A model generated the notes under the pieces. It was not told the DNA's origin, did no database searches, and was given only the letters and a program-made list of their open reading frames with translations. From contig OZ241833.1 in NCBI GenBank assembly GCA_965202585.1, positions 17,794,001-17,858,000 of the forward strand: a DNA stretch of 64,000 nucleotides, in the 5' to 3' direction. Positions 25,909 to 38,397 of this stretch are shown here, one piece after another (within the stretch, counting starts at the first letter, position 1; the number at the start of each line of letters is the position of its first letter). The stretch is from Thalia democratica (Eukaryota). The position numbers and the translations under genes are program-made.

Positions 25909-27165
25909 TTAAATAATAACAAAAAACATTCAGAGTTAAGGTCATTTACTATTTGTAATATATCCAATATCTAAAGTAAAGATGTTTTTATGTTAACTAT
26001 TTAGTCCCAGATGGTTTGTTTAAACTCTAAACTTAAGAGCTTGTGTCTTTTAAGAGATTTTTAAAACACAAACTCAATGTTCTTATTTTTAGTAACAAAG
26101 GGTTTCGATTCTTTCAAAAAAAACTTGACTCATACTCTATCCAATAACCTAAATCCAATAGATCACTGCTTATAACCGAGCAACAAGTTTTAAGTCTAAA
26201 AAAAGTTTAATATCAGTTTATAAGTGTTTTGGATTCACTCAAACATAAATACAAAACATTTATACAAAAACTCAAGTTATTACTTAGTTGTAACATTTAA
26301 TAGCTACTAGTGTTATTTTGTGATTATTTTAAGTTTTTTGAAATTAATGAATCTTAAATTTTTTTATAGATAGTTTTATTAAGGAATTACTTTGTTTTAT
26401 AGGAAGGCTTATGTGTTGTATCTTAAAAAAAGTTCCGCAAGAAAAAATAAGTAGTTGTAAAACTTTTAAATTGAGTTCAATTTTGCGTCATGTTGGTTCT
26501 CTGTTAAGAACTATAAAATTACAATTTAAGTATTAAAGTAGTTAGACAGAAAAACCACAACATAAATACATTTATATCTTTTTCTATTATTATATGTTAA
26601 ATAATTTAATGTTTTAATTATTTTTTCAACTAATACTTCTTTAAAAAAAATTGTAGTAAACGTTTTAAGCAGTTTTATTTTTGTTTATTATGATGGACTT
26701 TCTTAAATGACATTTTTTAACAATGTACCTGAATACTAAAAACAATTTTTCATTTCTAAGTTTTTGAAAATTGTTTCAAGTACAAACTTTAGTTTATTAA
26801 TATAGATCAAATTATATGAATTACTTCAATTTAAAGTTTTTTCAAAGGTATTAAAATTGAGAAGTTTAATTTAGATTAAGTTTAAATTAAGTTTTTAATT
26901 AACAGTGTTTTAACAGTTTTAACAGACTTTGTTTTAACCGTAACATTTTTAATAAACATAGAAACTATATTGCGAATACTTTTAAGTTTTTAAGGTTTTT
27001 TAAGCTAAAGTATAAACTAAATGGTTACATCACATTTAAATTACGACAACTCAAACTTTTATAAAGATTTTTAAAGAGTCACATCTCAAAAAGTATCAAA
27101 AGTAATTAATGAAGTTGTGATGGTAAAAATATCAAATATAATGTTTTTTAATAAGTAAAAATAAA

Positions 27166-27912
27166 ATTAATAATATATTACATATTTTAGAATGTTGTAT
27201 AACCTTTTAAAATCATACATCAAAAAATTCAAAAGTTTATTTATAAAACTTTATGCTTGTTCTTTTTGAATTATTTTTATACATTATTAACAATACAATA
27301 TTTAAAAGTTGTCAAATTTAAAACTCAGAACTTAATTTGCGTGCACTTAAGTTAAATTTTCAATATGCTAGATAAATTAAGTTTATTTACTGTACGCCAT
27401 ATATTTAATGATATCAAAGATTAATTTAGTAAAGCTTTGAAGTTTATCACATTTTTTATTAACACTACTTAAAATAATTATTGTTTTTTGATGTTATGCT
27501 ACGAAAATTTATCTGCTCGGTTGGCCTGTTTTTAATCTTATCTAACATGGATAGATAGTTTTAGTCCGGATTTTATTACATAAAAATTCACTGATTAAAT
27601 TTTACAAAATATGCGGTTTAAAGTCGTAAACATTTTATAACAGTTTCGAAATAAGGTAGGAGCTCATTCAATTGTACGTACTACTAAGCGAATGAGTGTT
27701 ATTTTTATTTATTTAATGATTGACTTTTTAGATCTAAATGAATGATTTATTTAATTAAGTTACTTAAAGTTCAGACACTTGTAAGCAAAAATATTCTATT
27801 TTAAGACTTAGTGAATTAAACATAGTGTTTAGGTTTGTGCTTTAGAAGTATGTTTTGTCTAGTTTGGTCTGCATAAGAAAGCTTTAAGATATTACAAAAC
27901 TAATGCATTATA
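27166..27912 (+). repeat. Copy 2 of ~740-bp direct duplication
   Basis: Near-identical to 25168-25908; the two copies are separated by ~1.26 kb of unrelated AT-rich sequence. Confidence 0.93.
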
Positions 27913-29706
27913 ACTTTAATTAATTTTTTTTATTTTTTTGACAATATAAAAACTCCTGTCTTTAAGATGAAGAACAAAATTTAATTAAACTAACTCTTTA
28001 TAATTAAACATAGTTTCTATTGGCAGCATTACTACTTAATTTTTTTTACCGATTTATACCTAACTAAAATTTATCTAAACCACTATACGTTTTTTAATTG
28101 TTTTATTCTAAAACAAAGTTAAGACTATAAAAATGATGCTTTTGATATGATAGTTGTTTTTCAACATTTAATTAATAAAATAACTACCAAAATAAGTGAT
28201 AACCGCAAAATGGTAAAACTAAATAGTACTAATAGTAAAACAAAAAAAAATATTTTAACAACAATTTATTACCGATCTATACTTTGAATAGTACCTAAAT
28301 GACAATACGTGAATAATTTAATTATTAAAGGTAAAACAAAATAATTATAAACATACTTCTTACGCAAAAGCAAAAAAAAATCTAATCAGACGCCATATGT
28401 ACTTTATACAGTACAAAATACTAGGGTTTTGTACAAAGCAATCTAGGCATTCTGATTTTTAGATAAGACTTGAACTTATAAAAACCTTTATTAAAAGTTG
28501 CAAAAAAAGAAGAAGAAGTATCTAAAATTTATTTCTATACCTTTTAACTTCACAATATGAAAATCAGAAGTGTATAATGATATTTCGTTTATTTTTTTTA
28601 CGCTTGATAATTTAAATTAACAAAACTTTTAAATAAGTTAACCATTTAACTTTTTTATACACTAATTGTTAAAAAGTTGTGATAAAAATAAGTAAAGTTA
28701 CAATTAACGTTTAAATGAATATAGTTTTATTAAAACAGAAAGGTTTTAAAAACTGTTTATGTCATAAAACTTGCTAATTTTTTAGAAACTTAAATTGCTT
28801 TTGCAGTATAGTATGTATCTATTCTAAATAAAACTAATGATACAAAAAAATAAATCTAAACTGATAAGGATGCGATAAACATACTACAAAAAAATATTTC
28901 AATTTTTTTAAAGTAATTACAATAAGTTGTAATCAAAGCTTTTCAAACACCGATTATTATTATTTGTTGTTTAAAAGCTGTATGTGTGTTTAGAACACCT
29001 GCTAGAACAAAGAAACAATGTCATGTTGTAAAAAAAGCGCTATAAAGTTTTCGTTGGATGAGAAAAAGCTTTGAAAGTTTGTACGATCAGAAATCAGCAA
29101 AAATAAAGTCGTTAACAAATCTAATGAGATAAAATTTACACATCATTACTTTTGTTATTGCTCTGTAACAGTAGTGGTAAAAGTGTTTTTTTAAAGTTTA
29201 TTACCTAAGTAAATACAGACACAGAAAAAAATTCTTTAAATGACGCTCGTAAGATTATTATAAAAAGGCAAAATTCTTAATCAATAGAAAGTTTTTGCTG
29301 AAGTCATAGTTTTGAAATGGCACCAATATGCCTCAAGAAATAGTTTTTTTTTTGTTGCGTAATGTACTTCATCAAAAAAAGGAAAAACTTTTTGTGAAAG
29401 TAATTAAAAACACTACTGTACATTTTGTTATGATTTTAAATATTTTAAACTGAAAATTCACTATTGATATTGTAAAAATAAAATCATGTTTTTAAGATGT
29501 CAAATTAACGTAAAATGTGTTATTTTTGAACTAAGTTTAATTTACTTTTAATTCCTCTACTAAATTTTTAATACATAGTTGTTAGTTGATTCAAAACGAC
29601 ACCTCTTTAGATACAAAAGATTAATTAGTCTCTAGTAAAATAATGTGGAAAACATAAGTTTACTCTTTCATATAGCGAACTTTAAAAGCATAAATAAAAG
29701 CAAAAT

Positions 29707-31764
29707 ATGACAGATGCTTTCAAAAAGCATGCAAAAATATCCGGAGTTCTAAGCATGATTGGAACAGTTTGCTTAACTGTTAGTGCCTTCACACCAGACT
29801 GGATGATAACCGACTCTTACAAAGTAGCATTCTTCAAGCAGTGCAGCCTGAGCACTGGAGAGTGCGGTCCAGCATGTAAGTTTGCTTTCCATAAAAGAAA
29901 TATCGTTTAGTACAAACTAAACAAATTATTGCTTAAAAAAGTGCAGATTAAACGTTATTTAAACTATATTCAACATGTGCTGTGCATTTAAAAGTTTAAT
30001 GTAGTCTTCCAAACTGCTAAAATGTTTTTAGTTAATATTAGAATCTTTTTTATAAGCTTTAAATATATACCTTTAAAAAATTGTAAAACTGTTTGATAAC
30101 TGATAATATAAATGATAAAATAAACGCTCAAATTTTTAAAAGATTTCATTTTCTTTAATTATAAACAAATATCAGATTTAGTTCGAATATAGCAAAATAT
30201 AACTAAATTAGTACAAATTTTTATATTATAATTAAAGTGCTATCAGTTATTCGAAAACTATGTACTTTTTGTTCATTTTCTCATAAATTTTTTCCTTTTT
30301 GTTTGATTTAAATTAAAAAATAAATTAAATAAGCTATAGTTTGAATGTGTATTAATTACAAGTATTGGTTAATTAGATCAGAAAAAATAATTATATTTAA
30401 ATTTAATATTTTAGCAACAAAATTAGCCTTTGACATAATACGAGGTTGTCTGATTTCATCGGTGGTTATTTGTTATCTCGGCATGCTTGGGTTCATTGTC
30501 GGATGCAGACTTAAAAAACAACCTTTGCTCTTCTTCGGAGGATGGATGGTTTTTATTGGAGGTACGTTTTATTTTTTTTCTGCGTTCAGTTCAAACTTGT
30601 GATTGAGAGAATTTATATAATTAATATATTTATAATATTAGTTATTTTGATTAAGTATTTTGTATGCATATATGTATATATGTTTTCAAATAATAGATTT
30701 TTTTTTATACTTTTTAATTTTAATTAAGAAAAATCAAATTGTAATTAAACACATAAATTAGCTTTAAAGTAAACTGTCGTTCTTAGAGAAAAAACTTATA
30801 AACTGTTATAGAAAACAGTTTAGTAGTTGTTTAATTGTGTTTTTTTTTTTGGTAGGTCTAAACTTTTTTACTCTTTAAAAGCAAGCATGTAAATTCAAAA
30901 GAGTAATGCAAAGTTTTGTTATGCAACCATGAAAAAATTATGTTTATCATAAATTGTTTTTCAGCGTGTACTACAAGGTATTCTTTTTTATAGCTTAATG
31001 TCAGAACAAACCAATTAAGATGGTAGAACTCTTTTTTTCATATCAATTCTGTCTTTCAAACTTGTCTTTAATAAAATACTACCTTGCACAATTAAAATGT
31101 CTAAAATAAGTTTTTTGTTTAAGTGCTTTAACGTGTATAAAGTTGTTTGTAACAAAACAGAATAACTTAACTTTTAAAGAGTTTTATTATTTTTCGTTAT
31201 ATTTATACAAGCTAATGAGACTTCTCTTACTTAATTAAATATTTCTTCTAAGTATTTAATTAAACATTTTTCTAAGTATTTAATTAAACTGAGTTTCATG
31301 CAATGTTTATAGTTAGAGATTACAAGTTTTTTTTTTAATTTGGTTTTGTCAGTTGCAAAGAACTTTTTTTCAATGAAAATTAAGTTAAATGTGTTTAATA
31401 TCAACTTTGAATAAATTTTCAACGGATGGTTGATCTCATTTTTACATTTATTATACTGTACTATCACTATTGCATTACTAATAAAAATAATTTTTGTTTG
31501 TTGTTTCGATTGTCAAAGAAATTTGAAATTTATCGACTGTGTTTATACGCTCACCAACAACAAAATACCGTTTTAGGTCTTTTAATTTTTGCTGTGTGCA
31601 TAATTACAACGTCAAGTGTAAGATCAGAGGTTCAAGGGTTCCAGCACTTTGGGTATTCTTTTGTACTGGGCTGGATAGCCTGTCTGTTCTTTTTGTGGGG
31701 CAGCTTATGGAACTGCGTAGCGGCAGAAACCGTCGACCAAGTCGTTACCATTGCATTAGTCTAA
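29707..31764 (+). CDS. Claudin/PMP22/EMP-superfamily tetraspan membrane protein, 163 aa, 3 exons (29707-29875, 30427-30561, 31577-31764)
   Basis: Splice sites GCAT|gtaagt, aattag|CC, GGAG|gtacgt and ttttag|GT give 492 nt in frame. Four hydrophobic segments; ECL1 W...FFKQC-x6-C; TM4 preceded by FGYSFVLGWIA, matching the family's YGYS(F/Y)xLGW pattern. Confidence 0.88.
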
Positions 31765-34700
31765 TGATGTATAAAAATGTGTATTTATTATGTGTTTTCT
31801 TTTATACTACTGTTTTAAATATTTTAAATCGTTTGTTTTTTAAATTGCTCGAATAAAATCAAGCCTGTATGTCTTTTGTAACGCTTTATTAATTCTTAGT
31901 TATGAAACATAACCACTGCCATAGTATACGTAATAAAGCTTAGATTAGGAGTTGCCAAATTTAGTTTAGAGTTTAGTTCATTTTTTATTTGAAAACAACA
32001 TTTGCAAAACAAGAAGCGTTGATACTATTTGAATAAAGTTTTTGAAAATTGCATTTATAATTTTAATGAGGAGCTTATTTAAAGATATTTTATTTAACAA
32101 TACGGTCTAACTTGTAGATTAGTTTGTCTTGTTTATGCGTTGTAGTTCAAAATACTCATCGCCGGATTATTTTTAATTTTGTGAAGAACATTAAAAAGTA
32201 TTAATTTCAATTATCATAAAATTTATTTTTATCGAAGGTAAAACAAAGCTACTTTGCTACTAAAGTCCTACTAAAAGTTAAAAGCACATTGTAATTTTAA
32301 TGTGTATCTGTAATTTAACTTGTAGGATTATGATCCTTTTATACTTATAGGAACCTTAAAATGATTATTTTAAGCGAGGTTTTACAAATTTTTAAAAACT
32401 TTCTTACTTTTTTTTAAATAATATAAAGTTAGCAGAGAATCTAATTTATACCTAAATTTACTCCATACTTTTAAGTTAAAAAACTTGTTTAAATAGGAAA
32501 CAAATTCCTAAAATAAGGGCGAGTTCTACACTAAGGAAAAGCTAAGTTACTGCAGTAAAAATGTTTAAATGCTATTCAAAATTTATTTTAAGTAAAAGTT
32601 TTCACAGTACCAATACAATTATAAGAAGCAGTGTATTCTGAAGTTTATAAAACTTTCAAAATTTTATTTTAACTAAAGTAAAAGTGAAAAAAGTGCTGTT
32701 AGAAACATAAGGTCGTCATTTTTGATGTTGTGGGTAACTAAACTATTATTGTTCCTCTACATAGTTTTATAGTTTCTGTTTAGTTAACAACAGTCTGAAA
32801 ATTATAAATATTTAAATTTATCAAAATTTTAAATTTTTTTATTATTCGAATGATGCATAAAATTTATCAAATTTTTAAAATGTGTTATATACATTTACGT
32901 CTCTTAATTCTAAAACTAATCAATAACTCTATAAACAAAAAATATAACGACGGTTACAATCTTTTATTTTATAAATTAAACAGTACATTTTTAGAATACC
33001 AACTTAAATATATATATACATATATATAATATTTTGAATTAATTTTAGTTCACCTTTTAAGAAAATACTTTTTTTTTTAATTTTTACTATTTTACTCTCA
33101 ATCTTTGTTTTTAAATATTCTGAAAAAGATTTTTTTCCATCAAAAATTACTGCTCGTTTTTAGATGAGTTTCAAGTTGATATATAAGAATACTTATATTA
33201 GTTTAAATTTACTTATTTGTATGAAAAAATTAAACTTATCATTATACTTTATTTAACTACGCAATAAATCTATCTAAGAAAAATTTTAACAAATCAAACT
33301 TACATAAGTACTAATACTTTACGTTTGTAAACCAAAAATAAATTAAACACTGTTATTTAAGAAATAAAGTATATGAAAGTCAGTAAAAGAATTTTTTTGG
33401 CAGAACAAAAATGTTTAGCCTTAAGTTTTTAAATATTTAAAATAAATTATTCTGTTTACAAATTTATCTGAGTTAAATTTAAGGAACCAGTATTAGTTAA
33501 TTATATAAGTTATTGTGACTAATCAACTTGCTAATTTTGATTCAACTGTAAAATATTGTTAAGCAGGTAGTAAATTTATATAACAATAAACTATGAAGTA
33601 CAAACTTACAATTTTAGACTTTTAATTAACAAAACATAATAAAGGATTTTTAGTCTGAATATCCAAAAATTATAATTAAAATCATTATGCACTTAAAAAA
33701 TTTTGAAGAGGTAAAAATATTTTTTAAATGATTGTTTATAGAATATGTCTAAAACCCTTTTGATTCTTAGTTTTAGACTTTAAATTTGTATAATACTATT
33801 ATATGCTAAACAGATTGGCAAGCTTGTTAAACTAATAAAATTCAAAAAATTGATTTAAAGCTATAGTAGATAACTACTTAACACATTTTAAGTTTTAAAG
33901 CCTACTTATTAAATTTTCGTAAACTAAAACAAAATAAAAGTTTAGTAAATATAAAGTAAACTAACTTTTAAACTTTTAAAGTTTTTTTTATTCAAAGAAG
34001 TAAGGTATCTAAACATTTTTGATGAAAGTCAGCTTTTCTAATAAGTATAATAAACTTTTTTTTAACAAAACATAAACAAAACACTTTAAATATTTTTACG
34101 GCTGATAAAATATAAATATTATTATTGCTGCTATAAAGCTTTCGTTAAAAAGTTTGAATTGCCTGTTATAGCAATCAAAACTAGGCTTATTAGATTTTTA
34201 GATAAAATAATATTTTAAACTTTTTGAAGAATGTAACTTAAAAAACAAAAAGCAAATAAACCTAAGTAGCTGGGTATCACAAAAATCGAATTAGAATGCA
34301 ACTTTAAGAAGCAATACAACAAAATATATTCATTTCAGTAAAAAAAGTACATTTATTATAAACAACGAAAAACTGTAAGTGATTTATAATATTTAAAAAG
34401 TATAAACTAATAAGTTATTTGCAGATAGAAAAAAAAACGTATCAAGTCTTGGTAGTCTAAACCAGTGTTTTTTATCCTAATTTCACAGTTATGCTTCTAC
34501 AAAATTAAAGTTTGGTAATTTTCATAAATACTCCTCTTAAATTTTTTGAATAGGCTGACAGTGCATTACATGGTCGTTATGATAGATTTCATCTTTTTTA
34601 TTTAGTTTTCTGTCTAGATTTAAAACGTTAACAAAAATTATTGATTCTATTTTTTTGTATTTGTTTAAAAACTTCTGTTAAATAAGTTATAACACTTAAT

Positions 34701-35986
34701 TCTAATAATATATTTTTGTAATTAAATGTGAGTTCTACTCACTATATATATTTCCTTGTTCAACCAAACAATATTGTTAAAAATTCAATTTATAGACAAT
34801 TAATTTCCTATTTTTATTCAATAAAAAATGTGGAAGTAAATTAGAATTGAGCTAAAATATTAAAAAAAAAAATTCTTTTTAAATTTTTAGAAAACATTAG
34901 TGCTTTTTAAATGACTATTATGTTATAGAATTTTTGATTTTAAAAATGTTTTGGTTATTATAGTATAATTTGTGTGAACTAAGCGGTGGGCTAAGATTTT
35001 TTAATACGTCCGACGCGCATAAAGTTTGTTTGTCAAATCTGGCCCGCTGACTAGAAAAGTTGTCCTAAACGAATGTAAAGTATGCTTAGATTTTTATAAA
35101 GTTATAACTTGAACAACTTATGAATTGAATGCAAATCTTTTTCTTTTTAATACTTGATAGTATTAAAACACTTCTGTGAACAATTGAAAAAATAAAAAAG
35201 ATGCACTGCATAGTGCTTTTCATATATGCATACACTGAAACACTGGCAAAAAGCACCATTTTAAATCATTTCAAAATCTATAGACTTTAAGCATTGACCT
35301 TTACCCTAAAAGTTATTTTTTAAAGCAAAACTAAGCTGCACAAGCTTTATACTTGATGTTTTAAAAGTAAGATAAAAATAAAAAAAAAGAGAAAGTTCTG
35401 TTTTACATAATCAAACTTTTATTTATTAAATAGTTAACATTTGATTATACTGCTGTAGTTTTAAAAATAATTAAAACTCATTCATGACTGAGTTATTAAT
35501 TTTTTTTAATAATATATTAAACAGCTAAAGTATAAAAAATCATTATACTGGTTTAATTAAATACTATAACAAAACTTCACTCGAAGTTTTGTTACAGTTC
35601 AATGTCTGCACTTGTCGTTCTTGCAACTTTTGAAAGAGCCGATAATTTCAATGTTTTTTCAAAAAACATTATTCTAGTTAAGAAATTGAAAATATTCTTT
35701 TATAACAAAAACAGAAATTTAAACAATTATTGTTTTTTATGATGTATTGTTATATACATACAAATTTTATAAATAAAAAACATGTTTGTCAAATGCTTCA
35801 AAATAATATTTTATTTAATAAAATATACAAATAGAAATAAACAAAAACAAATATAATATAAAAAGGTTAAAATCTAAAAGACACAGTGATAAGTTAAACA
35901 AAAGTATTTAGGAATCTTAAATTTTCGTTAAAAAATATCTAAAACGTAGTTTAATAGAAATATCAAAATTTTTATATTGTATATAG

Positions 35987-36161
35987 CAGTGCTTCTGAAA
36001 TGGGGTTCCGCGGAACCCTAGGTTTCAGCGAAGCCTTTCGAAATTAAAAAAAGAACATTTATTTAATTAAACATTTTATGTAAAATTGAAATTAGGAGTT
36101 CCGCGGAAAAGTTGAACTTTGGAAACGGGTTCCGCCACTAGAAAAAGGTTCAGAAGCACTG
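35987..36161. mobile_element. hAT MITE, 175 bp
   Basis: TIRs CAGTGCTTCTGAA...TTCAGAAGCACTG; flanks GTATATAG / GTATATAA (7/8 TSD, central TA); internal GGGTTCCGCGGAAC subterminal motifs. Confidence 0.92.
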
Positions 36162-36192
36162 GTATATAATACCTATTTTTAATATTCTATAG

Positions 36193-36920
36193 CAGAGGTT
36201 CCCAACCAGGGGTGCGAGGCAGCATTCCAGGGGGTGCGAAATGGCTTTTCATTTTTATATGATAAATAAGGAGATTTTTACTCTCTGATGAAATATTTAA
36301 CATTTTTAATAAATACTCATTGATTCCATAAGCTTAATTTAAAACAGATGATTTTTATTTTTTAAGTACATATATTCATAACAAAATGTATAAAAAGTTT
36401 AGTTTTAAGTTTAAGCCTAATGTTTATTAATTTTCTAGTGCTTTTTCCTCACTTTTAATATTTTTTCGAATCTTAAAAAACTTAATGACGAAGTCATAGG
36501 CTGAAGCATTATTTTTGTATAAATTTATAAAAAATAATTGTCTTAGTAATTGACCTTTTTGTTTTTCTTAGAATACAGTTTATTTAATTAGTACTCAATC
36601 ATGTCAAAGATAAGAAAAGCAAAAGACATATTTCAATGTGTCATGATTTTTTTTTTGCGAAACATGACTTAGACATGCAAGTTGTTGGTTCTGTGTGTTC
36701 AATGAATATGTTTCAAAAACTTAATGAAAAAGCACTAAGTACTCTCATTCCATTAGCAACGACTTACTTGTGCGAGTTTGCATTTAGTACTCTTTTGTCA
36801 ATAAAAACTAAATAAAAAAAAAGCTTGAATGCACAGGCAGACATGCGAATTTCCATCAGCAACAAAATGCCACGTTTTAAGAAAGTTTTATACAATAAAC
36901 AGGATAAAAAAAGTAATTAA
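36193..36920 (+). mobile_element. Deleted Buster/Charlie-type hAT transposon: left TIR plus transposase C-terminal remnant
   Basis: Begins CAGAGGTTCCCAACC after TTCTATAG. 36723-36920 reads NEKALSTLIPLATTYLCEFAFSTLLSIKTK*KKSLNAQADMRISISNKMPRFKKV, matching the Buster/ZBED8-type C-terminus (LIPFATTYLCExGFSxLxxIKTK). Right TIR not found. Confidence 0.85.
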
Positions 36921-37575
36921 CTTTAGAGTAGATTTAAAATTGAGTTCTTAATCTTTTCAAAATATTATTGTATGAATAGAATTTTAACAATTTTTTAAAT
37001 ACTTTGTGAGTATAACGACGTGTAATTTAGGATTTATTTATTAAATATATAAGATTAGTTTTTCTTAATGTTAATTGATTTTTTTTTTGTTTTTTATAAA
37101 GATAGATTTGTTTTTTTTCGTTTAATTGAAAATTATTTAATTTTTTTAGTTATTTTAAAAATGAGCAGGTAGAATGACAAGTGATGAGCTCCAAACTTAC
37201 TTTCTTGACGTTTATCGTTGCAGAGGGAAGAGTGAGTTCTGATGTTTTCTACCTTATAAAAAATAGATAAAACTTGTTCGAATATAGTTTTTTTTTTAAT
37301 ATCCAAGTATTTTATTTTTGTTAATATAGTACACTATCATAAAAATTAAAATACAAATTATTAATTAATGAAATGAGTGATTTTATAATCAAATTATTAA
37401 CAAAATTATAATTTTGTATAAAATTAAGTTACGCTTTTGCTTATGGAATAAATTTGCTAAAACAAATTAATATTTAATTCGATAAAAAAAAATATGCTTT
37501 ACGTTTATCTTGAAAGCTTTATAAACTTGTTTTCTTGTATAAAATAAAAAAAATAAAAAAAAACCGCAGTGTGAC

Positions 37576-37706
37576 CTACAACAATTTTTGTTCACTAGTT
37601 TTTGTTGCAGTTTCAACGTTATCAGGTATAAATCTACCGAAGGCCACAGCAGTGCCAATAGTCACTCCTTCTCGGCGTAATCGTGAAGATATATTCACGA
37701 GCTTGT
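37576..37706 (-). CDS. Candidate alternative/true terminal exon of the GPCR
   Basis: GC-richer island with acceptor aatttgcag|AC; phase 1 fits donor TCTG|gttggt at 40863, giving ...NKKSDKLVNISSRLRREGVTIGTAVAFGRFIPDNVETATKTSEQKLL*. No transcript evidence. Confidence 0.45.
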
Positions 37707-38397
37707 CTGCAAATTGATAGTACAGATAAATTTTAGCATTTATATAAAACAAAATAGTTTTACGTATTTGAAAAAATTTTAATTTTTGTGATTTTATAGT
37801 TAACTAAAAGTTATTTAAAAAAGTTTATTTTCCAAAACATTGTTCTTTTCTCTGATTGAAATTTACTTAAATTACTTCTTTACTGTATCTTACTTTCAAT
37901 TATTTCATTATAACTAAGATTTATAAATAACTATAAAATATGTTTAACATAAATAACGCTATAAAATTAGCTTATAAAATTAATAAACTGACCCATTATA
38001 AGAATTCCCTTTATTCAACTAATAAAACAATTTTGTTTTAGTTGTACAATTTAAAAATGTTATACTGTCTAGAAAAGTTTACATGCGTGTTCACCCACGT
38101 AATTTTACATTTTGAAATGTCTACAAAAACAAATCTGAATTTTGATAGTATTTTTCCTTTAGTAGTTTGTTATCTAACAAACCAAGTTTTGGCTATTATT
38201 TTAAAACTAACCACTAAGTTTACAATAAAATTTATCTCACGCAACAAGATAAGAATGTCATTATTAACAGATTAAAACCCTTTTTTATTAAATTTTAAAT
38301 AGATGTAAGATTTTTATCTAGTGTTAGGGTATGTTAAAGTTTAAAAATTTTAAATGTACTTTAAAGATATACATATGTACATATGTATATATATATT

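Noticed and set aside
25168-27912. Duplication as the LTR pair of a TRIM/LARD element
   Set aside because: No TG...CA termini, PBS, PPT or TSD found.
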